A stretch of 64,000 nucleotides of DNA, taken from the NCBI GenBank assembly GCA_003344405.1, contig NOWV01000022.1, positions 620,001-684,000 on the forward strand. The letters run 5' to 3'. Source of the stretch: Trichoplax sp. H2. Taxonomy: Eukaryota. A model generated the notes under the pieces. That model searched no databases. It was given only the letters and a program-made list of their open reading frames with translations, and had not been told where the DNA came from. A program made the translations under genes and the position numbers. Below, piece after piece: positions 39,301-53,100 of the stretch (its first letter is position 1; each line of letters starts with the position of its first letter).

Positions 39301-41877
39301 ACCCGAATAGAATAGCAATTGGATAGGTATTAAATTAATTTAGGTCTGTGTACTATATCGCTCTTTTGAATGAAATTTTTTTTCGCTCAGAATATACTTT
39401 TCCGTTCAATTCCAATCATCCATCAATTGTAGTACTATACTGTCTATAAAAATTCGTCAAATAATTTATTATTGTAGCATACTGACTAATCACTGTAAAT
39501 TCAGTTTTGTTACCCACTTTCGTACATATCAAGTATAAGCTATTGGCAAATTATTAAATCGGCATTGCACCCCCCCCCCTGATTTGAGGATTACATGCTA
39601 TCATCACTGTTATCGATTACTTTAATTTATCCAACATTTTTAATTTTATCCAACTAGAGTACTGCAACACCAACTTTTCAACTATGCATGTGCAATATGA
39701 TAGTACGTAGGCTGCAGTCAATGGCTAAAGTTTGAATAATCCTACCATTGTTTTAGTTTAGGAGATTGGGCACTAATGATGAAATACTACGGCTGCAAAA
39801 GAATCAGAAATTGAAGAATTTCGATTCTTTTCTTCATTTTATTAACGTACAGTATAGTATACTGTAAGATAGAATTATAATCATTATCTTCACTACTACT
39901 GTATGTGGTGTAAAATATGCTGTAAGTTGAAGTAAAGAGATGAAGAATAGAACCGTTATTATGTTCATCATCTCACTGATTTACAGTGGATACAATGACT
40001 ATCAAATGGTGTCATAGAAGGATAGAAATATTTTGATTTGAACTATAATATGTAGCTAGTAACTACTGTAGCAAATTCAATAGTACAGTCGTACTAAAGA
40101 CAAAAAAGAAGTGATTCATCATTAGGGCTTTGAATTCAAATTCAATCATGGTAGCTTTTGAGGCAATATTGAAAATATTCAAGGCGATTAAGGAGCGTCA
40201 TCAAGTTGGAATCATACGGGTACAGTGAAAATCGGATCGGAATAGTATCAATGTTACAAGTATCTTTGATCGATGTTTTACTTTGTTGCATTTGAACATC
40301 ATAAAATCACCATTAGAAAGCAATTGAAGATTGATGTACTGTGTGTAGGTGGATAAAATAAGGATAGTGTTGGACTTGGAAAGGAAAGTTAACGCCAAAT
40401 TTTTTAGAAATGATACCTAATAGACCATTGAAATCGTGTTTTCCGTTTATAAAAGTCGAAAATGGCTTTTATCAATCAATCCATAGCAACTGAAAATGAA
40501 AACTGCCTATTCTACGTTTTTATGTTAGTTGATGAAGGAAGAATAGGTACTTTAGCCAAGTCGCCAAAATACGAGTGCCAGAAGTCGCATCAAGTGTACA
40601 AATCAAGTGCAATGCGCCATTCTTATTGGATTGCTATACTATGTTCTATACTAATCAAGCATATCGTAGTGCAGCTACTTTGGGATTCATTCTCGCTTAT
40701 TTTACAAGTAGTAAATGACATTTGTTATTTACCTAATTCCAATAGCTTGATCGCACTGGCTTTGCATAATTCCAAAGCGGTTACCCACCGCTGACGTTCC
40801 ACTTCATTAGCAGCTCGAAGATGGAATACTTGTGTACTACCATTGCTGACGACAAAATTGAATAAATCTTCAGTATAAATATGTGCGCCAGCTAGATTAA
40901 TGGTACCACGACAGGTATGCGCCATTTCAGCTTGATTTCTAAGGAGAACGAGAGCGATATATAGACCAACAGGCAAAAAAAAAAAAAAATGACATCAGAG
41001 ACAGTCGCTATAGTACATTCCGTTTCAGGTCCAATTTTCCTTCAAAAATTGGGGCAAATATTTTTACAAAGTGCTTCTCTAGTTGATTCATAGCTGTATT
41101 TCCCCCCCCCCCAAAAAAAGAAATGATTATTGTGCATGAAAATAGGGTAAGAAATAGGTTGAGTGTTAGATCGGTTAGCTCCAGAGTTGTTTAAGTGTCG
41201 ATGGGTAGAGTAGGGACCGTTCAACATGACTTGTGAGGACGATACGGTACTGTAACTTAGGTTAAAGAGATGAAATTGGATGGACGCCAAAACAAAAAAT
41301 ACTTTGCATGAAAGTTCATTTACTGAGCCTAAAACGCAGTCAAAGTATTGTAATTTGATTTTATAGACAAGTTGTTCAATGTATTATGAAGATTCAATAA
41401 CTATCAGACAACATGGATGTTTTTATCCACTTGATAGAACTACTAGAATCTCCATTGAAAGACTGCCAATCTGGCGGCCATGACAGTTTACGTGTCTTGT
41501 CGTTTATCGTCTTGGGAGTCAACTATTCTGCTGGGTGACGTCCAGTAGGTGACACGTTGCATCATACGCTACAGTACCGTCATCCAGTCATCGACACGAT
41601 CAGCAATACTCATGGTCCAATCAGGTTGATGTTGTGGTCAAGTTGTAAAATGGTCTCAAGATTCAAGGATGGCTTGCAGTCTGGGCTGCCATGATTATTG
41701 GATGTACTATTTTATGGTTACCGAGTGGAGTTATCAAAGAAAATAGAGTACTGACCGATAATACGATAGCAATCCATTACATAAGACGAAATAGCGCTTT
41801 TGATATCCTTTAATATAATTGGTCCATTTATACAGCCAACCACTAAAGTTGTCGGGATAAACTCTGCCGTCAGGCAT
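33343..41877 (-). CDS. OSBP: Oxysterol-binding protein (OSBP/ORP4 subfamily: PH, coiled coil, FFAT, ORD)
   Basis: Exons 41877-41756 and 40938-40733 encode the PH domain ([44 protein letters not shown]). After a 4.6 kb intron, exons run from 36094 down to 33343. FFAT motif [12 protein letters not shown] motifs [72 protein letters not shown]; ends PDIF*. Confidence 0.96.
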
Positions 41878-42104
41878 ACTGCATGGATTCCTCACAATGT
41901 GTAGAGTACAACCCTAAAGAATCAATTCGTTACAATACACTTAGTAGATAGAAAATGAACAATTAATTCTCTACTTGTCATAGTTGAGAATATTCCAATC
42001 AGGTTTGTGTTCAAAATAAGAATTTATTTACCCCGTTAAGAACGATCAATTCTCCAATAGCCGTAAGTACGTTAAGCAGATCATAAAATGCACCACAATT
42101 TATT

Positions 42105-42805
42105 TACTACAGTACAGTACAGTACAGTAAGATGCCGTACAGTGCACAGTACTGTCGATAAAAGTACTGTACACTGTGAGAATCCACAATAGGATTGTAC
42201 AGTGTACAGTGTACAGTATGGAGCTTTGGCAGTAGGTTGAGTACTGTACACTGTACAGTACAGACAGATCAGAGAAGAGAACTCGAGTTACGACAAGTCC
42301 GTTAAAAGGTACAAGGTATTGACTACCGAAAAGGAACCACAAAGTGCATGTTGACAGTGCTGTATGGAGATTCGAGGTACTTTACTGCCCAGTTGGTGGC
42401 TTTACACCTGATCACGGTCTAGTTTCATTATGATTAACATTATTTTCTTCTATCTCGATGATATCGTTGCTATGCCATCAATACTCTTAGTTCATGGTCA
42501 CTTGGTCAGTGCCAACCATGTTGAAACTTGAAACTTGGACTTCTACTGCACAGTGTACACTGTACAGTACCTCCACTGGCAGAAGTCCCAAATACCTCTG
42601 AGAGAGATACTGTTCAGTATAGTGAATCTAGTACTGTACTGTAAAGTATCTAGAAGTCCATGACTGTACAGTGTACAGTACTGTAATGTACTTTAGACTG
42701 CGCAGTGCACACCTGGCGTCGATGGGACGATGGCTGTGTGTATATAGAGATATTGTATATACAAGAGCGTACAGGTTTTTGTATGTACAGTACAGTACTG
42801 TTCTG
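42105..42805. repeat. Clusters of CAGTA/TACTG pentamer-palindrome repeats in the OSBP-UNC119 divergent spacer
   Basis: tactacagtacagtacagtacagta (~42105), gtacagtgcacagtactgt, tgtacagtgtacagtgtacagta (~42196), gtactgtacactgtacagtaca (~42241), cacagtgtacactgtacagtac (~42549), tgtacagtgtacagtactgta (~42665), tgtacagtacagtactgt (~42784). Confidence 0.9.
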
Positions 42806-43407
42806 GCATGAGTTAGCAGAAGCCAGGCCAGCCGAGTGAAACGAAGACCATGGTAGTAAAACCCCAGTCCAACCACGGTATTGTACTAATCACTCAATAT
42901 ATCCTAGCAACGACACGCCCTTAACTTGTGAAATGGATTCTTGCGCCAGATAAAAGCTGCCTTGCTTTTTTCTCATCTTGTTCCAATCAGCTCCTACGCT
43001 ACCGTCTACGATAACGTGTATATTGCACCTAATGTTGAGGACTACTGTATCGTAAGCTACGGTATAAACGGCGCAATTCAGTATTTAGCCGCACTTGCAG
43101 AGGGCTTTCAGCACAATTATTATTGTAGCGGTGGATTACATTTGGAGCAATTCCTCTAGGTAATTGTCCCCTACCTAGCTAAGTCTTGTTATCGTCCATT
43201 ATTGTCCACAATTGACGATCTTATCCACTACATTTTACAACAACTTCGATCATTATTGGTCATAGTAAATCGACAGTTGATTACCTTACTAACTTAATAT
43301 TTCCTCCTGTATCATTCATAAGATTGCGCTGGCATACCATTAGGCCATAACCTACAGTACTTTTTTTTCTTCTTCATCAAAAGTCATTACTTGAAATCAT
43401 CGAAAAA

Positions 43408-46400
43408 ATGAGTGGCAACTCTAGCGCAGGTCGAAAAAAAGGCGGCGGATTTTTAGCTAGACAAGCTCAAAAAAAGAAATCCATCACCGAAGAAGAACTA
43501 CTTAATAAAGATATTATTCGCCCGGAAGATGTTACAAGATTGGGCAAGATGACAGAAAGTAAAGTACTGTAGACTACTATCTTCTTTCTATACAAATGAT
43601 GATTTTAAATTTGTTCAATTTATACCAGTATCAGATAAGTTATCAGTGAGGAGTCCGTAGCTCACTTACTACTCAAATTAATTGCAAATTACAACAATCT
43701 TGATTAGGCTATATTGATTGTAAGTAGTATACTTTCTCACATTATCGCCAAAGAAACGTCGGTTTCCTAACAAATGCACCATCACATGGAAAAACCATTT
43801 CTTTTTTCTTATACCTACCAGTAGTTTTCCAATAGGCGATATTTCATCTTCGTTGCGACTATTTTATCCGTTTATAAAGTTGTAAAATCATCTACCTTCG
43901 TTAAAACTGAAAATTGGCAATTAATGGTGACCAAGTTGACTACAAATTAGACGCTTCGTATTTGGAATGCTATATTCTCGAAGGCTATTTCTATACCAAT
44001 ATCATTACTATGTAACAGCCACTTTTTGAAAGCTAAAGGTCATGCAGCCATTTATTTTTGCAGTAGATTTCAATCATACGTTTATAGAGCTTTTGGATGA
44101 TACTGAATTAAATGCAACTGAAATGCTGATAATATTTTATATAAGGCATCGTACTGCTCTATCAACATTAATTCTCAGTTTAGCATTTGAATCACACGTT
44201 TTATGCGATCATTAACAAATGTTTGCATTCAATCTTTACTCTAGCTTATGTTGTAATTCAATTCTATATTTTATACCTTTCACTACGATTTTTTTTTAAA
44301 GTGCTTCATATGTCAGCCTGGTTTATAGAATTTAAAATTAGATAACAGCAGTTATAGCATTGTAGGAAAACACATATGGCCCCTACATTTTTATAGACAG
44401 AACAAATTTATTTGTAGTCTTGAATAGCCTACGTCATCTAGTAGATACCAAACATAGTACAACCTGATAAAGTCTGGATGTATCATTTTTAGCTTGAATA
44501 AACCTTTACGACAGACTAGGTCTTTATTCATCTCTCTATTTAGATACTATGTCAAATTTGAACAGTTAAGAAGGCTATTCAAAACGTGACATAGAAATAA
44601 CATCGCCGCACCAAGCTCGCTCGTCATGACTAAAAATTAATTCAAAATAATATCATCTTATCTAAAGCTAGATTACACATTACACTTCTATATTCTATAA
44701 TTAATTTGCAGCTATACGTAATAACAAGAAAGTTGAAGATATTCACTTTCTTCTTATCGTAATATTAGAGTTATCGTTGCAATAAAGATAATTAACGCCT
44801 GATAGAATATTTTATTTTATCATTTCTCTTCCGACTGATATAGTAACTATATTCGAAGCGTAAGCCCGTTACATCATACCGCAATTTTTCTTTCTCTCTT
44901 CTCACAATTAAACGTGCGTTTGAGAAATTTCTAACCCCATAATGATTTTGGTGCTCTCCAAAATATCAAACACACGATTTATGTCGTAATATATACTGTA
45001 TTTATAGCCATTTCTTCCAATTATTAAACACGCATAGTAAATTAAAATTAGTACTAGAATAGAACTTATTGCAAATAAGTCTCTACATACTCTACAATTC
45101 TCTGCTCAGTGGCTATCCATCAATACGACACTGATTCAAGACACTACCAGGGCTTTGTTTAATTATGGTGTTAACCATGTAAAGGCAGAAGCTTCACCTC
45201 TGTTTTTAAATACGTGTAATCAACTTCTTATTGGCATTTACTGTTTATGCACTTTTATGCCTTTAATTTTTTAATATTCAGCTTTTGATTAATTATTTTT
45301 AAGCGTCATTATTATTTTGTTATGCTGTATTAACGTTATATAGATTACCTCTGTAAGCCTTCGGCCAATGTCTTTGGTATCGAATTTACGCGATTTAAAA
45401 TACGGGATATGGAAAGTGGAGATGTCATATTTGAAATAGCTAAACCCGATAATGCTGAAGAAATACCACAGGAAACAAACAACGATGATGATGATGATCC
45501 AAGAAGAGGCCGATATGTCCGATATCAATTTAGTCCGAAATTTCTGGATTTGAAATCTGTTGGAGCAACGTAAGTGTATACTACAACCAATATCGAATAC
45601 AATTGACTATGAACAACTATAATAGCTATCGTGTTGAAATAAGTAAAATTAATAGATCCTAAAGAAAGATCAATGAGACTTTCCTATACATTTTATACAG
45701 GCTGTTGAGCAAATTTTATCTATTTTATACTGTGTCATTTGAAAATCTATTTTACAATCTCTAATCATCTAAACCAACATTACTAAAGAACTACTAAGCA
45801 TCCATTTTTAGTCGTAAATTTCGGTTAATCCAATAATCAACCCCCTTCATTTACTCGATACTCACAAGTATTGTTTTGTTCTAAATCTTCTACTAGTATC
45901 CTACTGATACTTGAATTTCTTAATTATGTTATAATTACAATAAATTTAATTCAATTTATTTCATGTTTATATGGCATAATAGTAGTACTTAGATAGATTA
46001 TTAGATCACATTTTAATTAATAGATGTTACTATCTCTTCCTGATCGATTTAATGTATATCATTGCATGAAATTTTAGTATAGCTCAACCCTTCCTCCTCT
46101 AAAGTTTTTTCTGTATAATTTCTTGTTATCATCTCTAAAGAAAACGAGAGGAGAATTTTTATTCCATAGGTCATAGTTTAAATAGCTGAAACAATTTCCT
46201 TCTGTTTTTTCAGCATGACTTAGATACAATTTTTACTTCTACTCCATTAACCCGTCATATGCTGCCCATATTAGCATGGATACGATCAAATTCTTATTAA
46301 AAATAATTTACTTCATTACAATTTACAAATAATTTTGAGTAGATTGAAAATTTTAAGTAGATTTGCTCAAGCATTCTTTAGCTAATTTTAGTTCTACCAC

Positions 46401-49400
46401 TAACCATGAATTCCTGTATTAGTTCGGCTTTCCAGCAATTGTGGATAAGCTTTGTTACAGATGCAAATATTTCTACATTTATAATAATCCTAAGTTAAGT
46501 TAATCAATTAACCATCTACTGTACTACAATTATCGACTACCATTAATTTCATTTTAGATCGAAAATTCTTATCCAATCTTCTAGAATAGTCTTTTAAAAT
46601 ATATATATATATTCAAATTTATATGCCAAAGTATGACAATTAATTGTATTCGTCTCTTTAATACTTTCACCTTTCTTTATCATTGCAGTCGATAGACTCT
46701 ATAATTAATCCATTTGGCCTACTGAATTGAACCTCTTTAGTAGCAATAATTCTTGCTAGATTAGCTCCAGTTTAATACTGTATAATGCTACAGATTTAAA
46801 CCTCTTTTTTAAAATTGTCGATGTCCATCATATCAACAGTATAACGATAGCCTGAATGAATCTGACACGAAATAGATCATTATTATGATTATTATATGAT
46901 ACCTATCACGTAGATTAATAATTATAATAGGGTTATATTCAAGCTTATTGCCTATAGGCAATAAACTAAAGTAAAAATCTAGCCTGATTCGTTGCTATTA
47001 ACTCCGATTAAATTCGCAAAGATAAAATCCAATATAGAGTTATATATCAATTCCTTCTAACTGAGATTAAAAAAGTAGCAAAAATTACCACTCATCATTA
47101 TTAAAAGCCTTTCCAATAACTGTCATAATACATGACCGTTAGGGCAAACAATGTCTTAGTTTTACTATATAGATTATAACGTATTCGTCAGTTAATAATG
47201 ATATTAGAGTATCAACTCTATAACTTTTTCATATTCGGAATCGAAATAAAATTAGAGTTAAGTGCTCACTTAGTTTAACAATTTTGATAGTCACAGTCCT
47301 CATCAAACAATTTTTATTTTTTCGTCATTAACCTCATAATAATTTACGTTTAGATGTATTCAATCTTCTACGTATAGCTTTTGTTAATTAATCGTTATGA
47401 TAATAACGTTATATAATATATCTTAGGATAAACAACATAACAATCTTTCCTTATAGCTTTAATAATAGAATATAATTTGAAGTGAAGTTAGTTCCTGTAC
47501 ATCTTTTAAGCAAATTAACAAAAATTTAGATAATCTTAGTACGATATAAGTCTATTTAATAAAGCAAATGTATGTATTTAGAGGGGACTAAGCGATCTAA
47601 TATCTCTAAGCGACTTCATTATTTATTTTTCTATATTGCTATAAGAATTAAGATTTATTACAGCGTTGTGATGATAGAAACATAATAAGAAATGAATTAA
47701 ATAATTGGAATAGAATAAGTATTAATACATTATGAAATAAACGTGTTACTGTATCTGTTATATAGTATCAAGAAGTAAAAGTTTTGCTTAGCTGGCATTA
47801 GCTAATAATCAGATAAATGAAGCCTTAGTAAAACTATTTTATTACCTTTCTCTTTTATTTGCATGCGGTATAAAATTAGATATATTTTTCGTCTCTATGT
47901 AATTTTCGTAGTTTTGATGAAGTCTGTTAATAAAATCAAACCGATTTACCGTACTATATCATGTAGAAGAGATAGGCTTTACTTTTCCAAAGTCACTAGC
48001 GATTTAGAGATTTTTGAATCTTTACGAGAATAATATGAGAATTTAATCATATTGATGACTTAAATAGTAATCCAAAATCTTAGAAGACAGCATTGTAAGG
48101 CTCAAGTATAGACGAGCTAAAGAGATTTCATTTAGATACAAGAATATGATTGAAACTAAACGATAATTAATTCTGTCATTGTTCGATATTTAAAGGTGTA
48201 ACCTAACTACAATTGAATCTACGTAGTAGTTTCCATTCGAGGCTGAAAAGGAAAAATTTATGAAAGAATTATTCTTTTAATTAAAAATGCTTTACAGCTA
48301 TACATAATAATATATATGTTGTATTCATGTATGGTGATATACTTGCAAATGGATGTGTTTTAATATCAAATCTTATTTATCAAATAGTTTACAGTCACAA
48401 TTCAGCTAACAATTTCTATCATTTTATATCTTATTTTTAATATTTAGGGTAGAATTTGTTGTTGGCGATAAAGCTATTAATAGCTTTCGAATGATTGAAT
48501 GTCATTATTTCCGTGAAAAATTGTTAAAGAGCTTTGATTTCGATTTCGGTTTTTGTATACCTAACAGCAAGAATACATGCGAGCACATCTACGAATATCC
48601 TGAGTTAAACCCCGATCTGAGTAAGTTGTTAACTACTACCGTAATTTCACTCTGTACAACTTTATTTATTAACCTAAAAGTAATGGAAAAGTAAGTTTCA
48701 TATCTTTAGCAGATTATAATAGACCTTCCATGATAATATCCTTTTAGATTACCTATAGATTCCATGATGTAAACAACTATTCAGACGGGTAGTAAAACTT
48801 TTTGTATGCTAATCAAAATTCATTTTCGATTTTAATGGCAGCATTTTAAGAAATTAAAATCGTTTTAGATTACCTATAAGTCGCCGTATAGTGTAACTAA
48901 GCCACTAATTGTAGGCTTGTATACGATATATAAATCCTTTTCAACTCTAGTATCATTCCCGACGATATCATTTGTTGTGAAGCGGAGTGTGCCTTTAGCA
49001 GTCACAACTAGAGCACTATCAGTCACTTTAAAACAAGAAAAGAACTGTAATACTTCAAATACACCAATTTGAAGCTTCTGTAGTAATATCTATAATTATT
49101 CGCGAGTTTGTGAAGTATATAATTCTCTAATAATTCTTAGTGCTACCTAACGATTGTTTAAGGCACCCTCAACTTTAATAGCGGTGCTTTTCATAATTTG
49201 AATTTGGTTTGCAAGTTTATTCCGTCTTGATTGATAGTGAATTCTATCGTCGTGCATTGCTTACATAAATGAAAAAGCAAATATTATGCTCATCCCATAC
49301 CAAACTAGAGTTTCTACATAGACGTCTTCTAAATGACTTACGTATTATCGTTATAAATTACTAACCATTTTGATTATTCATAAGCTTATGGAATAGTTAT

Positions 49401-49767
49401 TTAAACCTGCTTTCAAATTTTTAATAGTAATAGTTTTTAAGCTTATTTCGCTGTAAAGCAGATGAGTATTATATGTTAAGTGATACAATAGTTCATCTTA
49501 ATTCTATCATACTATTTCTTCATTCTATAATAATACCATTTCCTTGACAATTTATTTAACTTTAAAGTATTTCGTATAATAAATATCCTGCATGGAAAAT
49601 TATCCTTATATAATTTCTCAATTTCATCTTCTGATTATTAATCTATCATTATAGAAGAGGAAATGATCAACAGTCCATTCGAAACTAGATCGGATAGTTT
49701 CTATTTTGTTGATAATAAATTGGTTATGCATAACAAAGCGGATTATTGCTATAATGCTGAAATGTAA
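43408..49767 (+). CDS. UNC119: Protein unc-119 homolog (carrier of myristoylated cargo, PDE-delta-like fold)
   Basis: 4 exons: 43408-43558, 45344-45569, 48448-48620, 49655-49767. Motifs: [101 protein letters not shown]. Confidence 0.97.
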
Positions 49768-52700
49768 ACGGGTAAATGATGGCAAGAAAGAGGAAGTGCA
49801 TTTCTATTTTCCTGCCCAATATACACCAGCAGCCAGCTGGGAGTAGAATTAATTCATAAAATTGCGTATGACAGTATTTGTAATATGTGATAAGTTTGTT
49901 TTCAAGCATTATCTTTCCGTATCTCTTATAGTACAATAAGCATTCCTTATTCATTGATTATTATTTTAGTTAGATTAAATTAAAAGCCAGCAAATTTTCG
50001 TATCAGTAGTCATCAAGATAGTTGATTTTTTATCTTTAATGCATATTATATTGTATACCATGCTTATCAGCTAGTTATTAACCAAAATTATTATCAATTA
50101 TGGTATTATAACACTTGTTAATCCATTTGAATTCATTCCTTCGTTAATATTTGATTTAAATAGTCAAGTATTTTGTCAATTTTACTGAACTTATTAATAT
50201 CTTTCATATCACTGATGTTATGATACTAATCTTATAAGCATGAAACACGGACGTTATTCTTAGCTACCCTCGTCCTATCAACCTGTCTTTGTCTCTCCAT
50301 TTCTCCTATTTTACAGTATACGATATAATATAAACACCCAATTATTTAGCAAAATAGATTCCTTGTTACGTTACCCTCTTAACATATGACTATTAATATT
50401 AATTAACTACATGCATATAATTAAATTTGTGCCATATGGCAACTGTGACTTATATCGACTTTTTGTAGTTTGTCAATTTAATGCCCTAGTTTACAAAGAG
50501 ATGTTTTTACATCATTTATCATAAAAGGAACGTTATAAAAAATTGTCTACCAAATTATAAAGTAATAGATATTATAACTATTATCATATGTAATCATTTC
50601 GTTTATGTCTTTTAGTAATTATGATAATTATCTTTACAAGTTGTGATAATGAAGTTGAGTTTGATAACGTTCACGACAAATTAACTTGATGTAGTATCGT
50701 TTATTATAATTATTATAATCATCGTCCTTGTTAGATAAAAACTTTTCGTTTCATCCTATAGCCAGCATTTCAGATATTTAGGTATCTGTAAGTACTAACA
50801 TTAGCTGATATTAATTAAACATATAATTATATATACATCATCAAAATAATTGTAAATGAAACAGTAAAATGTTCTCTCTAGATATTATTCAATGAATCTT
50901 GTCACGGTATAATTTATAATGCATTGCGGGATGAATGAAACCTCAGTACTGTCCTGTAATCTGACTGTTAGATAATGGCCAAGTATTTCTATAATTTAAT
51001 AGCAAACAATCGATATACTCTCCAGTACGTCATGAATAGTGTACGTAAACATAATAATTTTCATTTAAAGGATGCTCTTAAGTTATTTTTTACGAATATC
51101 TTACGGAATACTCGCAACATTATGGATAGAAACGTTAGGTTATGGTTAGTTTGTTGAATTATATTAGTCGTCTTGGGCACTACACAAAACATTTATATGT
51201 ATTACTTGATTATTAATATTCTTTAACGTATGGTGCTTATAGCAAGGGACTAATCAAGAAAAAGTTTGTACTCTTTCCTCTCTAAAAATCTTATACTATG
51301 CTTATCAGCGTATATACCTAAAAGAGGGTTATTCAGTGCAATTCATTTTTACCTACATGACACAGTAATAAACCCATATGTGTTTACAATATGTTATGCC
51401 AATAGATTGTCTGTAAAATGATTGACTATTTATACGGTCCAGACTATGGTATGGTTATTAACACTCTCAATAGGTATTCTTTACCCTCATCGATCCAGCA
51501 AAATTACTTCGTAACTTGATATTAAGTACAATTACACTTCAATAACTATTGCAGCACTGATATAATTGGTACTGGTCTACTTTTTATCCCTAAGTTTTTT
51601 ATCAACGCGTATATTCTACTTTAATATTAGTTGATTTAGCTCAACTCATGTAAATCGATATGTTATTGCGAAAAAATTCGATAACCTTCGTAAATACTTA
51701 CAAATTAAATGGTTCATTTTGAAATTTAAACACGTTCTATATCACTTTAATTTACTATGAGTGAGTTTTCAGTAGATTATGAAATATAAAATGAGCCATA
51801 TGAAGACAAGATACCTCCAAAATATATATGTCTCTTTTTGGATACATGTACCTAATAGCCAATACAACTTAGACAACATTACTTGTATTGTATAATGATT
51901 CTTACATAAGACTTCAATTGGGAAAACTTAATATTTCATATTAAAGAGCGAGATATTTTAATATGATGATTTGTTAAATTTTGACGCATCCTGTAGCTTA
52001 TTCAGCCATCACACGATATTTTATATCCAGCTTTAACATACGTATCTACTAAACTTAGCCATATAATAGAGCATTGGAGAATGTATTCAATAATAGTACT
52101 TTTAAATTCATCTGCCGCTACTATCTCGAATGGTAGTTGTCATATTTGTATAAATATGATAATACTTAAATTTTTAGCTGAGAGTATCGCCTGCAAAACT
52201 AAGTTACCCTTATTCATAAATATTTCTCTGAACATATCGTAGACTATTCTGCGGATGATAATACATATAGTCATGCATAAAATCATAGTAGTTCAAACCT
52301 AAAATAACTACTCAATTTGGGTATAAGATTCAACAAAGAGCCCTATTTTTGAAAATAGATTATCATATTGATTAACTCGTAAAATAATTTATAACCGTTA
52401 TAGTTGCTCATATTGCAAGTAATATTAATTCATACGGTACTGATTTTATTTACGATTGCAGACGTTTATAATTATACCTACTACACTAGTGTATAAAAAT
52501 TCTTTCAACCAGAAATTACTGATGTAACTTTAGCAATATCAATCATTTTTCATAAATATACAGCAAAGTGACACAGCAAGAAATAAGATTTTAAAAGATC
52601 AATTAAATGTGTATCCGTCGAGAGTTAATTAGATTTAAATTTTCATGATATCAATTCAAAAGATAAGATTAAATAGAATATTTTTGTATCCTGTCAGTTA

Positions 52701-53100
52701 TTACACGCCTAATTTTACAAATACACAGTGTATTCTCAATCTTTATGTTTGAAAGTTAAGAGAAAGTAAATTAGGAAATGTTTCGGTCATAATCATGACA
52801 GGCGCAATAACTTATGTCGAAATAAAGAATTAAAAACTCTAAACTTAAACAGCGAAATTAAATTAGAATGTTTTCTTATGTAACTATGCCTTTTATATTT
52901 TCGAATAGCGGCATAAATGCATATTATATAGAAAGTGAAATAAACATGTCACCATTATATTTATATATACATATACATATATACGATTTAAAATGTTGAG
53001 CTTTAAAACAAGGTAATAATAAATTAATGCCATATATTAGCCAACATGAAACATATTAAATAATGTTAAATTAAATAAATTTATAAACAAATACTGTATG

